Counted from the first letter of the stretch, positions 1-14,153 are shown. The stretch is 64,000 bases of DNA from Octopus vulgaris (GCA_951406725.2 OX597818.1:98208001-98272000), one strand, 5' to 3'. The notes: generated by a model not told the origin, from the sequence alone. Translations and numbers: made by a program.

Positions 1-63
<63 letters not shown>

Positions 64-72
64 TATATATAT

Positions 73-399
73 AAAAGACCCCCTTCGGTCATGAATGACC
101 ATGGGATTGCACCTAGAAAGTTACCCTCCTAGACACAAGTCCGGGCAAGGTTGTTTATGGAAGGCCAGCAGTCGCCCATGCATACCAGCCTCCCCTCTCC
201 ACGCCACCAGTGTTATCCAAGGGAAAGACAAAGGTCGATACAGCTTGGCACCAGTGACGTCGCAACTCATTTCTACAGCTGAGTGAACTGGAGCAACGTG
301 AAATAAAGTGCCTTGCTCGAGAACACAACACGCAGCCCGGTCCGGGATTCGAGCTCACAACCTCACGATCGTAAGCTCGACGCTCTAACCACTGAGCCA
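73..399 (-). mobile_element. tRNA-derived SINE (family B2 head, distinct 3' tail)
   Basis: Minus strand begins TGGCTCAGTGGTTAGAGCG (A box) ... GAGCTCGAATCCC (B box), then TTGTGTTCTCGAGCAAGGCACTTTATTTCACG as in the 48445-48761 copy; tail ends in (TA)n. Confidence 0.8.
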
Positions 400-400
400 A

Positions 401-436
<36 letters not shown>

Positions 437-445
437 AGTACGTGC

Positions 446-537
<92 letters not shown>

Positions 538-559
538 GTACTTACGTACTAACATACAA

Positions 560-798
560 TCTTGCATCTGTCTTTGTATCTGTGTTTGTTGCCCTCCATC
601 GCCGCTTGACAACTGGTTGGTGTTTGTGTTTACGTCCCCGTAACTTAGCGGTTTGGCAAAAGAGATTGAGAGTATAAGTACCAGACTTTAAAAAAAAATG
701 ATTCCTGGGGACGATTTGTTCGACTAAAACCCTTCAACGCGTTGCTCCAGCATGGCGGACTCATATGACTAAAACAAATAATAGAATAAAAGAATAAA
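560..798 (+). mobile_element. 3' half of SINE family A
   Basis: TTACGTCCCCGTAACTTAGCGG...GCTCCAGCATGGC...GACTAAAACAAATAA matches the 3' part of the full copies at 21077 and 41764. Confidence 0.75.
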
Positions 799-868
799 AG
801 TATATGTGTGTGTGTATATATATATATACACACACACACTCACACACATACATATATATATATACATG

Positions 869-900
<32 letters not shown>

Positions 901-1039
901 TGTATATATATGAAGACATACATACATACATATATACATAACACCTACATAAATACATACATGCATGGATACTTACACACATACATACATGCGTACATAC
1001 ACGCTTATGTGCGTACGTTCATACATACATGAATGTTTC

Positions 1040-1079
1040 TTATATCCCGATGAAATCTGTTGAGGAAACATCGATGTAA
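1040..1079 (+). ncRNA. Minimal type I hammerhead-like motif (U4C core, helix II decayed)
   Basis: TTATATC-CCGATGA-AATCTGTTGAG-GAAA-CA-TC-GATGTAA: 7-bp helix I with one G-U, core CCGAUGA, GAAA, UC triplet end; helix II only about 2 bp. Confidence 0.45.
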
Positions 1080-1284
1080 TTTTTTTTAAATGCCAATCTA
1101 AAACTTGCTATTATAAAGATTATTACATACATATACACATGCATGTTTGTATACATACATATTATGCATGTATATAAGAAAAGTTAGGTCTCTGGCAATT
1201 TTATCTTGAACAACACATACATTGCTAGAAATATAGATACATATTAAAATATGCATATATATATATATATATTTATATATATTT

Positions 1285-1803
1285 ACTAGCAGTATCGCCC
1301 GGCGTTGCTCGGGTTTGTAAGGGAAATAACTATATAAGCATTTTTAGAGAGTTACTTCCCTTATAGATGCCAATTCGGGCTTTCTTAGCCATTTCTGTTT
1401 TGGTGTCTTCAAGCCATGAAGTCGTTGTTCTAAAAGAACGCTGGTCTCCTTGATAACGCATTACGACGTTGATTTCCTTAAACTCCCTTCCCCACAGCTT
1501 CACGAGGGAGGGAAGAAGGGGGAGAAGCAAACACAGGTGCAGGTGTTTGAGCGTGGACGCCAACTCCGCCGCCATCGACACACGAAAAATTATGCATTAA
1601 AATGGAATAAAAAATTATGTTAAATTATTTTTAAAATCGTAGACTCATCGTAGACGCGCGCTAATAGCCAGACGGGCTCGATATTAATTACGACTATAAG
1701 ATACCCGAATTTGGTTAAACTGCACCGCAAAATGTGGGAGGAGTTAGGAATCTAAATCGAAGGGGACAGACACTCACACAACTAGAGTTTTATATATATA
1801 GAT
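1285..1803 (-). mobile_element. Non-autonomous Helitron-like element
   Basis: Minus strand starts (A)TCTATATATA and ends with hairpin CCCGAGCAACGCCGGG then CTAGT; same 3' end recurs at 45413. Confidence 0.7.
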
Positions 1804-1813
1804 ATATATATAT

Positions 1814-2952
1814 ACTAGCCGCTGTACCTGGTAATTCTCGGGGGTAAAAATGTTCTATTGAAACGCCTAATTGCTCTAATATAAGAAAGCAATTTCGTTA
1901 TAACTGCCACAAATGTCAGCTGGAGGAGGAAGAGATTGATGGAGGCTGGCGAGAGAGGTTTTTGGACATTGGCGAGAAAGGTTGTAGGAGGTTGGTGAGA
2001 GAAGTTGTCGGAGGTTGGCGAGAGGCAAAGACATTATTCTCCTTAGCGAAGGCATCTGAGAAATGTATAACTGCTGTCATTCACAGAAAAACTATTGTTT
2101 TACCGTGAGAAGAGCGCTGTTGAAGTGTTAAGTGAAACTTGGCAATCGAGGATCGAATCCACGCTATGTCTGCATGAAGCCACTACAAATACGTTGTGGA
2201 ATAAAAAAAAGTATCTACTGTCACGGAAAAAGTGTAACTGTAAAAATGCAGCATTATTGGAGTAATGGGCATTCAAAAAAGTATATATGTTTAGAAATGT
2301 ATGAATGAAGTCTAGTTTAAGATTCAAATTAAGGAAGTACAATAATAATGTTTAGCAGTTCAAAACTAAGAGTAGTGAAATGCAGAATTAGGGCGGCTGC
2401 TCGTGAGAATCAAATATTGATCGCTTCAGTAAAATCTGCAGGTGGTATTGGTTATTTCCCTTGGCTTGTTTAAATAAAATATTGGTAATATGTAGTAGAG
2501 TAAAGGATCCATTGGAAGAGCCCTATTATCGATTTTTCCAACAATCTAAGTATGTCACGAGGTTTGCAGACATGAGTTATACTAACGTGTCAAATAAAGT
2601 AGAAAAGTGATATTGTCTGCAAAAATTAGAAATAGGATACTCAAAAAATCGATATTCAAAGTAATCAAACATAAACAATGAAATGGGGTATTTCCCTTGA
2701 GTGTTTAAAACGAATATTGTATAGGTGTTAAGGGTTATTTCCCTTAGGTGTTTTAAAACATTTAATTATATGAGGTAGATATAAAGGTCCCTTCCAGGGG
2801 CCGTATTATCGATTTTTTTTCAACAATCTAAGTATGTCACGAGGTTTCCAGACATGAGTTCTACTCACTTGTCAATGTTCATCAAAATCAATAAAACGAT
2901 GTAGGAGGAGTTAGCTAACAACGTCACAAACAAACAGATACAGATTTTCCAC

Positions 2953-2960
<8 letters not shown>
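1814..2960 (-). mobile_element. Helitron-like element with internal direct repeat
   Basis: Plus strand ACTAG (CTAGT 3' end on minus) plus a degenerate hairpin; direct repeat of about 70 bp TATTATCGATTTTT..CAACAATCTAAGTATGTCACGAGGTTT..AGACATGAGTT at ~2524 and ~2804. Confidence 0.5.
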
Positions 2961-2983
<23 letters not shown>

Positions 2984-3032
2984 TGTATGTATGTATGTAT
3001 GTATGTATGTATGTATGTATGTATGTATGTAC

Positions 3033-3077
<45 letters not shown>

Positions 3078-3094
3078 TGTGTTTGTGTGTGTGC

Positions 3095-3136
<42 letters not shown>

Positions 3137-4266
3137 TGAATGGAGACAAGAAGTGGAACGAACCGACAAATGGAAACGAACCTGACGCGGGGCGCTGTCA
3201 GACAATAATGTGATAATTAAAAATATATGCATACATACAAACATATATGTACGTACCTACATCTACATGTATATATACATGCATATATAAATAAATATAC
3301 GTAAGTACAGGACACCACAACAAGACGTAGAAACTGGGAAAACAAAAATTTAACGACAAGTACAGGACAGGCTACACAAGGAAAAATCCAAAAATTTTTT
3401 ACAACAAGAAAACAAGTACAGTCCCATGTTCAGTCCCACTGCGTAGCACCTTGGGCAAGTGTCGTCTACTCTAGCCTCGAGCCAACCAAAGCCTTGTAAG
3501 CGGATTTGGTAGACGGGAACTGAAAGAAGCCCGTCATATATATATATATATTAAAATTTAACATTTTTCAAATTCTCGTGTATTTATTTTTTGTTATATT
3601 ATTGCATAGAATCTATTGTTGCAACTTTTTGTTTATCGCAGTAAAATAAGAGTAAAAATTGCATTTAGGAAGAAGACGTTTTGAGGCGCGAATTAAAAGC
3701 TTCACAGAACGTTCATTACAATTCCATGACACACATAACCCAACAATTTGTTGGCATGAGTCAGTCATTTTACTCGTTTCTACAACCGGTGACATAATCT
3801 GATGGAAACAAACGGTTAATAACGGCTTCTTAATTAGGTAAGATTCACCCCGCTCGACCTACCCCTATAGTTTGATAGATATAAACACAACTATTACGGG
3901 AGAAATCGTGTAGGTGGCGTGAGTAATTGACAAATTTTGTGGTTGGTTAGTTGGCTGACTGGCTAGTGAATTGGTTGGTTGTATATTTTGGTCTTTCCGG
4001 ACTATTAATCTCATCGTTTGCCGTTTGATGTATACTACACTTTGATTGGTTATTGTTTGTATTTTTCTTTTGTTATCATTGTTTTTGTTGTATAGCCCCA
4101 GGTTTCAGATCGAGCAGGCGTAAGATCAGAGATAGCACAGCTGTGTCGATCCTACTTTTCTTATTTTAATGTTTCTAGAACCACAGTAACCAATGAATAC
4201 GTCTTATTTTTTTAAAGAGGATGCGGTGTGTTTAGTGGAATATTTGGCTGATATTTCTAGCAACAG

Positions 4267-4576
4267 TGGAGGCGCAATGGCCCAGTGGTTAGGGCAGTGG
4301 ACTCGTGGTTGTAGGATCGCGGTTTCGATTCCCAGACCGGGCGTTGTGAGTGTTTGTTGAGCGAAAACACCTAAAGCTCCACGAGGCTCCGGCAGAAGAT
4401 AGTGGCGAAATCTGCTGTACTCTTTCTCTACAACTTTCTCTCACTCTTACTTCTGTTGGCTTGCTCGCTTAGCCAGCGGGGTGGCGTCATTTAAAGGCTA
4501 AAACAATGCGAAGCACATTGTGACCAGCGATGTGTAGCAACATCTGATAGCCTGGTCGGTCACGGTGATCACGGTG
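4267..4576 (+). mobile_element. tRNA-derived SINE (family B1 head) with 12-bp TSD
   Basis: GGCGCAATGGCCCAGTGGTTAGG (A box), GTTTCGATTCCC (B box); flanked by ATTTCTAGCAAC at 4253-4264 and 4577-4588. Confidence 0.85.
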
Positions 4577-5083
4577 ATTTCTAGCAACTAGGCCAACCGC
4601 ATACAAGCTTCTTCCATAGCACAACTCCTAAATAAGGAGTTCTAAAGTTAGCAACAGTCACTATTCTTTTCTACTCTAGGCAGAAAGCCCGATTTTTTTG
4701 GGGAAGGGCTCAGTCGATTAGATCAACCCAAGTACGCAACAGGTACTTAATTTATCGACCCGAAAGGTAGAAAGGTAAAGACGACAACGGTAAAGTCGAC
4801 CATGCCCTCTCCGCCTTTAATGTTTGTAATTATGGCTGAAAGCCAACAATTTTGGAGGAGCGAGCCAGTTCCTTATACTGACTTCAGTACTTGACAGGTA
4901 CTTTATTGTATTTGTCTTTGTGTGAAGGTAGTGGTTTGGGGTATTTGTAAGGCTGTGAGTTTGAAACCCGGTGATGCGTTGTGTCCTTAAGCAAGACGCT
5001 TTATTCCACGATGCTCAAGTCCAATCAGCCAACAAAAATTAGTTGTACCTGTGTTTCAAAAAAGGCCAGCCTTGTCACATTCT

Positions 5084-5500
5084 TATTTCTTTACTGCCCA
5101 CAAGGGGCTACACATAGAGGGGACAAACAAGGACATACAAACGGATTAAGTCGGTAGGATCGGCCCCAGTGCGCAACTGGTACTTATTTAATCGATCCCG
5201 AAAGGATGAAAGGCAAAGTCGACCTCGGCGGAATTTGAACTCAGAACGTAACGGCAGAGGAAATACCTATTTCTTTACTACCTACAAGGGGCTAAACACA
5301 AAGAGGAAAAACAAGGACAAACAAACTGATTGAGTCGATTATATCAACCCCAGTGCGTAACTGGTCCTTAATTTATCGACCCCGAAAGGATGAAAGGCAA
5401 AGTCGACTTCGGCGGAATTTGAACTCAGAACGTAACGACAGACGAAATACCACTAAGCATTTCACCCGGTGTGCTAACGTTTCTGCCAGCTCGCTACCTT
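5084..5500 (-). mobile_element. Dimeric SINE family C (Nin/Deu-like central domain) with 16-bp TSD, nested in an older family-B SINE
   Basis: Two tandem units containing CTTTCATCCTTTCGGG(G/A)TCGAT...AAGT/GACCAG on minus; AGCCTTGTCACATTCT duplicated at 5068-5083 and 5501-5516. Confidence 0.85.
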
Positions 5501-6255
5501 AGCCTTGTCACATTCTGTGTCATGCTGAATCCCCCTCAGAATACATTAAGAGTACGCGTGTCTGAGGCGCACTCAGCCACTTGCAAGTTAATTTTACCAG
5601 CAGGTCGTTGTAACCAACGGAGCGCAAATTTTTATTTCATCGGCCCCTAAATTTAAACTCAGATTGTAAGCAATCAGAACAAATACCGTAAGGTACTTTT
5701 TCGAGTTTGCATCCATATAATTCTCTTTTCTTTGCCGTGATGTTGGCGCCGTTTAAAGCATTCAGAGCCACTATATTTTTTTTTTAAATATGGTAATTTG
5801 TCCGGCCGTTTTCAATCCTCACAGGCCCTGCCCATGAGAAACAGTTCTAAATTATTTGTTTTGATCAAATCTACTCTGATTTTCTTTTAATCCTTTTTTC
5901 TTGTTTTAGCCGTTTGGCAGCAGCCATGCTGGGGCACCGCATTGAAGGGTTTAGTTGAACAAATCGACCCTAGTAATGATTCTCTGGATGTATTTTAATC
6001 ATAAATAAAAATATTCTTCTTGTATAAAGTATTTTTTCTTAAAAGGCAATAATCATAATTTGTAGTCATTCTTTTTTGCGCCGGATCGTTTGAATGCGTA
6101 TCAATTACCGGGTATAATACAACTCAATATCTAGAAACAAATAGGGGATCGCTGATGGTATATTTAGAGCCAGCGGCCAAAATTTACCAACAAAAAGTCT
6201 AAAATTCTGCTTTAAAAATTCAGGGAGTAAATTCTGCAAAAGATGCAGGAAATAC

Positions 6256-6296
6256 GCACACACACACACGCGCGCACACACACGCACACACACGCG

Positions 6297-6391
<95 letters not shown>

Positions 6392-6495
6392 ACGTGTGAG
6401 TGTGACCTACTTCAAAATGAGTTTTCCGGGAATGATCTTCAAGAGAGTGCGAAAGTATGTTTATACATACACACATAGATACATACATACACACA

Positions 6496-6565
<70 letters not shown>
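6256..6565. repeat. Long (CA)n microsatellite arrays
   Basis: Two long (CA)n tracts (about 130 and 75 bp); source of THTH/VCVC ORFs. Confidence 0.95.
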
Positions 6566-6568
<3 letters not shown>

Positions 6569-7002
6569 CTATATATATATATATACTCTTATTTTAGAAA
6601 AGTGTTCCGAGTATAAACTTGAACATAGTGTCTGTTTATGTATAGATAGATAGATAAATATTGGTATGCTTCAAAAGAAGTTTTCCCGGAATAACCTTGT
6701 TTATAGAGGAAATGTATTCGTAACGTTTCCATTCACTAAATTTGATATTTCCTTCCATTTAACCTATATTAAAGCTGCTATTGTGTTTTTTGTAAAAAAC
6801 ACTTCAGACATATGTAATCGGCAAGGCTGTTTCCGAAATGCATGATTGCCTGAAAGAAGAGAAGTGGAACATAATAAAACCTGCTTTTTCTTCTAAATGG
6901 TGATGAAAATAGATCTTTTAGTTATGCCGAGGGGTAAGCGGAAAATCGTTCCTAAACTGCATACGTATATTTTCTCGGTGTCCAGTTGGTTGATTCATGT
7001 AA

Positions 7003-7086
<84 letters not shown>

Positions 7087-7143
7087 GTCTGTCTATCTAT
7101 TTGCATATATATCTGCACACACACACACACGTACGTACGAATG

Positions 7144-7197
<54 letters not shown>

Positions 7198-7249
7198 CAT
7201 TTATATATACATATGTAAATATACATACATACTCACGCACACACACACA

Positions 7250-7308
<59 letters not shown>

Positions 7309-7311
7309 ACG

Positions 7312-8525
7312 TATTAGGTTGGCAAGTTCTCGCCGCTTTTTTTAAATTCAAATTCTTTAAAAGGTTTAATAAAAAATAACAACTAATTAATCAACAATGC
7401 ATTCACCCTTGTTGTTTACAACCTCTTCCCAACGTTCAACAAGATTTTCAATACCTCGTTAGTAGAATCACCTTCAAAATATTGATCCAACCAAGCTCTC
7501 AATTCTGCATCAATATTGAATGAAACTCCACGCATAACATTTGAAAGAGATCGAAAGAGGCGGAGATCCGTTGGTGCCAATCAGGAGAGTACAGCGGGTG
7601 TAGCAGCACTTCCCAGCCATGCGTTTGAATAGCTTCCTTGGTCATATTGGTGATATGAGGACGGGCGTTGTCGTGCAGCAGAAGAACTCCATGCTGCCGA
7701 TTAGGTCTTTTCTCTTGAATAGCCGTATTGAGTCGCTCCATCTGTTGAATATAGAGTTCCGCGTTGACCGTTTGGTCCCGTTCAAGCAATTCGTAATGGA
7801 TAATCCCTTCCCAGGGATTATCTTCATGCGCGGTGTAGCTTTTTACCGGGGCTAAGTCATTCCTTACGCTGCTACATAATGCTGTACAGGCACCATTTTT
7901 CGTCGCCAGTAACGATTCGGTAAAAAAATTGTTGCTTGTGTCTATGAGTTGAGGGGTGACAAGCAAGCAAACCAGCGGAGATTGTGGCTCGTTGAGTTTT
8001 GTTGTTGTCACCTAAAGCATGCGAAACCCATGCTCCATACTTCTGAACCTTTCCCATCGAGTGAAGATGCTTTTCTGTAGCAGTGTGGGAGCATTCCATT
8101 TTCTCTGCCAGTTCCCTTGTCGTTTGGCGAGAATTTTCGTGCAAAAGTTGGTTTAATCGCTCTTCATCGAACTCAACTGGACGGCCAGAACAAGGTGCGT
8201 TTTGAGATCAAAACTTCCATTTTTTAACTTGGCATGCCAGTCACGAGCGGTTCTTTCAGCAATGGCACCCTCTCCATACACAGCACAAATGTCGCGTGCA
8301 GCTTTTGCGACCCTAGGAAGTGTCGAAAATGCTCGTTTTTCTTAACATGACATTCCATTTTAATGATCTGAAAATAAACAAAGATTAACTAAAATTAACT
8401 AGAAAGAAAAAACAAAACAAAATAAAACAAAATAGATTCCAAAATGATTCAAAAATAGAATTCTTGAAAAAATAGGATTCCAAACTTTAAAAAGACGACA
8501 GGAACTTAGTTACAAACCCAAAATA
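7312..8525 (-). pseudogene. Mariner (D,D34D) transposon, frameshifted transposase, degenerate TIRs
   Basis: Motifs RIVTGDEKWCLY, LLLHDNARPH and HPLYSPD split over frames; termini TA-TTAGGTTGGCAAGTTCTCGCCGCT and GACGACAGGAACTTAGTTACAAACCCAA are imperfect inverted repeats. Confidence 0.9.
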
Positions 8526-8560
8526 TATGTGTATGTCTATATATATATGCATATATATAT

Positions 8561-8623
<63 letters not shown>

Positions 8624-8636
8624 TATACATATATGC

Positions 8637-8687
<51 letters not shown>

Positions 8688-9370
8688 CATATTCACACAC
8701 ACACATACATACATATATACATATACACACATATTCACACACACACATACATACATATACATATACATACATACATAAATACACACACATACACACACAC
8801 ACACGCGCGCGCGCATATATATATATATTGAACAGGCTTTATTAAAAATCACTACAATTATTTCAACGGACCGTTATCACTTGGTAATTGCTGAACGTTA
8901 CATAAATCATATGTAATATTGTATTAACATGTTTCAACAACAGCTATATACGTGCACATCCTCAGGTGACCAGCATTAAATGCGTACATATATGTTATGT
9001 AAGTATGTATATTAGGATCACTGACATTGGAATCATATTCATTTTTTTAAATTTTAGAACACCGCTCGTACGTTTGAATGCATCTAAAAATAGGAAACAA
9101 AGTAACAGTATATCCAGTCAAACTGAAATCATACGGGACAGCCGATTAAAAAACCAAAAAACAAACAACAAACGTTCGTTCGTTCGGGTCTTGTAACTAT
9201 TAACGAGATGTGTGTAGGTGAAAGCCTTTATACAGCAACAACGAATGAGTTTCCAAAATGAACGGTAAGCACTAGATATATCAAAAGACAAGACAATGGC
9301 GAAAACAAACCTTCACTACGATTTCGTTTCCAAAAGTGTTAACTTTCACCACCTTTAGAGAAAATAAGTA

Positions 9371-9615
9371 GAGGTGCGTGGCTCAGTGGTTAGGGAGCTG
9401 GACTGATGATCGTAAGATTGTGGTTTCGATTCCTGGATCGAGCAACGCGTTGTATTCTTGGGTAAAACACTTTATCTCAGCTGGCAAAAATGAGCAATCT
9501 TGCGACAGACTGGCGTCCCATTCAGGTGGGGAATATATACGCGATGGAAACAGGAAAACCGGAAAATTGTAAAACCGGCCTTGTGAGTCTATATGACTCG
9601 GGAAGGAACTTTACT
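9371..9615 (+). mobile_element. tRNA-derived SINE (B2-type head), degenerate
   Basis: GCGTGGCTCAGTGGTTAGG...GTTTCGATTCC...GCGTTGTATTCTTGGGTAAAACACTTTAT. Confidence 0.7.
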
Positions 9616-9887
9616 TTTCTTTTTTTTTTTAATTAGGGGGAAAGAAACCAATATTATATATATTTTTTTATAAATATGCTTTTATTATCTTTTTTAATCT
9701 TTTACCTTTCTTTTTCAGTCGAGACTCTGTGACTCTGCTGAGGCAATGAAGCATAGTGCTTTTAGTCAAGTAATTCGACACTAGGACTTTTTGTATCAAT
9801 TTCTTTTGGTGAACCCACAAGTCAGGGGGACGTAAACAAAGCAACACTCATTTTCAAATAGGGATGGGAGGCATGGACAAACAAAAG

Positions 9888-9918
<31 letters not shown>

Positions 9919-10994
9919 CGACAGTCTTCGGGCTTCTGCATAATTTCCGTCTACCAAATTCACTCATAAGACATTGATTTTATCGGGATTATAGTGGAAG
10001 TCATGTGATCAAGGTGCCACCCAGTGGGACTGAACTTGAACCTGAAACCACGTTATTGAGAAGCGAGCCTCTTAACTATACAGCCATACTTCTCCCTATG
10101 TGCTAGTATATTTAGTAAATCCTCCATATCCCTCTTTGCTGTTCCTTCAACTACGATGGAGGCATAAAATGAAGGAGGGAAGTCATAACAGCAGTGTGTA
10201 TTGAGAAATGTGTAAATGGACTTGATAGATTACTGGCTGATGTCTCAGAGAAATCCCATAATTGTTGGTGATACAGCATTCTATTGCAGCTATATGATAT
10301 GTGTTTGTGACTAAGTGACATGATGACAATTCACTCCTAAACTGAAATAGGCTCCCAGCCTCTGTATCATGAATGGTTATGTGGACAACTCCTCACGAAA
10401 GTTTGAGCTTCCTTCGACCACTACATAAAAAGTATTAAGAAAAAGATGATATTTAGATATACTTTTATTTTAGTTGTTTACACTGATTTACGCTTGTTTA
10501 TACTCTTATACATTCAAAGTTTACAAATTTCCTTATTTAAATTATGAATCATATTCGTTTCAATAATATCAATATGATTACAAAACATTTTTGTAGACGA
10601 TATTTTCTGTTTGGTCGACACTAATTTTCAAATTACTGGAATGCGTTGATCTACTCATAGCGATGTATAACAGACAGTGTGTAAACATCGGAGTGGGTAA
10701 AATTACACCTACATGATCTAAAGTCTAGCCCTGTGCCTTGTTTGCTGTGAAAGCGCGACCGGAATCTTTAGGGTTGCAAAAAATCAAACTAAGACTTACC
10801 TCTCACTGTTCTATGCGAATAATATCTGGATGTTCTGGTACCTTGGGTTATTTTGATTGACAAAACTGAGATGTAAACAACAGCCGCTTCGATTAGCCGT
10901 TTCGAATCCTGCTCAAGACTGACACACTTCAGTAACTAGCAAATAATCACACACACTATATACTGACACACACTTTTTCCATTTTATTTTTGCT

Positions 10995-11625
10995 GTGAAC
11001 CGTCCTTGCGACCCCCCTTCGTATCTACGATGGGGCTACGAACAATACAATGAAAATCCAGAGTTACTCGTGGTTAGGGAATTTTTAATAAAAATGCAAA
11101 GGTGGTTTATCAATTCAAAATTCTCTATATCCACGAAATAATCATACTTTCTGGGGTTTTTTAATGCTAAAACCCTTCCTGACGACCGTCTTTGCAATCC
11201 CGAAAAATATCGTAACCATTGGTTCAGCTGTCTGGTCGTGAAGAAGGAACAGACAAAGAGACGGACAGACGGGCAGACATAACGCCCATTATAGTAAGAT
11301 AGGAAATCTGCCCATCTTCGATGGGAAATAAAAGGATAGTATCGCAAATCTAAACCCTCTAAATTTACGAACTATACGAGGAAGTAGGGGGCGGTTCCAG
11401 AGATAATCCTCGTCGTCAGAATTTTAACAAAGAAAGGTTATTTACTAATAAAAAACTCAATATTCACTAAATCGTCATACTTTTTCACTTTTAATTTTGC
11501 TAAAAACCTTCCTGATTACCTTCTTTGTAATCCTGAAAAACATAGGGACCGTTGGTCCAGCCGTTTGACCGTGAAAAGGGACAAGACAGTCGTACAGACG
11601 GACTTAACGTCCGTTATAGAAAGAT
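10995..11625 (-). mobile_element. Two tandem Helitron-like 5' segments
   Basis: Diverged direct repeat of about 140-160 bp (~11160-11300 vs ~11495-11625), each ending CAGACGG..C..AACG.CC.TTATAG.AAGAT (ATCT start on minus, GTCT microsatellite). Confidence 0.5.
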
Positions 11626-12517
11626 GACATACATTGATCGTAGATGACCAGACAGATTGCATTTAGATAGAATATAAATGAAATTACTGCTGTGTTAACG
11701 ATATTTCGTTTCGCTGTTATCATGTATTATAGAACCCCCCGCCACACACACAAACCTTATTTGCATCACGGACTTTACTCGTCTCAAAAGCCTTGTAAAG
11801 GACCAGAGACATGGCCTTTTAAATTAAAACATTAAAATCAAATTGTAATTGTTATGTTTAATTTTTAGTTCAATTCCTTTGGATTTTACGCTCGAGAAGT
11901 CCTTGAAAATATTCAATGAATTTAGACGATCCAGAATGAAAAAAAACCCCAAAAGAATAGAATAAAACGCAGCTGAGAACTTTGAGTGAAAGAAATGCAT
12001 AACATGTTCCTTAGAATTTTTGACTATGGGAGAATAGAGTAGAGGACAGAGGATATTATGCAATCATAAGTGTAATGATTGTCCGTTTAAATCTCACGCT
12101 ATTGTGACAGATAAAGTAAATTGCTTCACTTTTCCTAATTCATTTATGGTTGATTAACCCCATTGGTTTCACTATACAAAAGAAACTTAACCATTTTCGT
12201 TCTGTAGACTAGCGGTTCTCAAACTGGGTCTGTGAGCTGTGAACAAAATTTTTACATTCTTCGGTCTTTATTGATGTGAGCAGGTTTTCTCCCAAGTGTT
12301 TTGTACAACTCAAGAATAAGCAAACATAATAGATGTGAAAAGTGTTGAACCTGAAATTCGTTGCAGTATCAATAAAGTAACATCAAGCGTCTCATTAAAG
12401 AAATATGGTTTTTCATATTGCCGTTTATTGGATGAAGTATTCAGTTACACACACGCACATGTGCGCGTGCACAGACAAACGTGCATGAACACGCAGACAC
12501 ACACACATATACACCAC

Positions 12518-12553
<36 letters not shown>

Positions 12554-12669
12554 TAAACATATATTATACATACACATACAAACGCATATTTGTATGCATG
12601 AATATATGTGTGTATATACATGTATATAATATATATCTGTGTATATATATATATATATTATATGCAATA

Positions 12670-12853
12670 GGTGCAGCAGTGGTTGTGTGTTAAGAAGCTT
12701 GTTTCCCAACCACATGGCTCCGGGTTCAATCCCACTGCGTAGCACATTGGATAAGTGTATTCTGCTATAGCCTCGGGCTAACCAAAAGCCTTGTGAGTGG
12801 ATTTGGTAGACGGAAACTGAAAGATGTCCGTCGTATATATGTATGTATGTATA

Positions 12854-12901
<48 letters not shown>

Positions 12902-13033
12902 CGCGCGCGTTTGTCTGATGTTGATATATTTACGTTCCTGTAACACTAGCGGTTGGGCAAAAGAAACCGATAGAACAAGTACCAGGCATGCAAGGAATAA
13001 GTCCTGGGGTCGAACTGTTCGATTAAAGGCGGT
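12670..13033 (+). mobile_element. SINE family A, degenerate
   Basis: GGTGCAGCAGTGGTTGTGTG...GGTTCAATCCCACTGCG...GGATTTGGTAGACGGAAACTGAAAG, internal (TA)n, 3' GCTCCAGCATGGCCGCAGTC. Confidence 0.8.
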
Positions 13034-14119
13034 GCTCCAGCATGGCCGCAGTCATATATATATATATGTATATATATGTATCGAGAGAGAGAGAGAGGGA
13101 GAGAGAGAGAAAGAAGAAATACATATATTCATATATACTATATTCATATATATTATATATATATATATTATATTCATACATTCACAGACGTATATAAACT
13201 TTCAATTGAATGACGAACCTGGGAAAACCAGGTTTTTGTTAATTAATAAAATCGATTTGTTGCGCAGACAGACTTTTGAAAAGTGTGAGGGCCGTGGTGA
13301 ATTTCATTTAAATAAGAAATGACCCCGGAGTGCTAGATAGTGAAAAGGTTGCGAACAACTACTGTACAAAAAGAAAATGCTTTGAGCATAATCCAACAAA
13401 CCAGAGATCCATCAGGCAACGCACACCGTCTTATAAACCGTCTATAAACTTCCTATAATAAAGCAAGAGTTAAATAATGTGCCAAAGACAACACAGTCGT
13501 AAAAGCCTTTCAGATTGTGCAGGATGTGATGTTAGAAGACTAACACACTATCACCTGATATATTTTATTATGCATTGAATGTACAACACAGTACACAAGA
13601 ATATTTTTATGAGCAACGGCCCATGGTATGTTTAACTTAATACTACCCTCTCAATAGTGAATTTTAAGTGTAAATATCATGTTCGCTATGTTTTCAAGCA
13701 CAGGAATGTTAGTGGGCAAGTATTTTTGAGTTTGTTTAGAGGAATTTATCTGAAAGAAAATTCAATGTTGGTAAATTCCATGTATTTTTAAACCCTGAAA
13801 AGATTTGCATTCTGTATGTCATGCTTCATTGTGATATACTGCAGAAAGCGTTGAAACTGCGGTATTCGCCTTGAGAAAGCATCTCGCATAGACATATAGT
13901 GTTAAAAATCACAAAAATATATCAGCATCTATCGGAAAGTATGTAGCAGCAGCAGTGGAATCGTTAAATATGTATTTCTGTTTCTCTGAGCGTCATCAGC
14001 GACATCCTTCCAATAGCAACCATGTGCTTAGACAAATGTAACCCTTCTTAACATAGAAAAACTGTGATTAACGAATCACTGGTGTTGCAATTAACTAGTA
14101 TGCAATTAACTAGAAAGAG

Positions 14120-14153
<34 letters not shown>

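Noticed and set aside
4267-4345. tRNA-like sequences at SINE heads (also ~325-399, 20597, 48690-48761, 57675)
   Set aside because: A and B boxes are present but run directly into SINE bodies, some with TSDs; not free-standing tRNA genes.
13965-14010. Minus-strand CTGATGA...GAAAC near 13993
   Set aside because: No convincing helix I, helix II or UH triplet; chance match.
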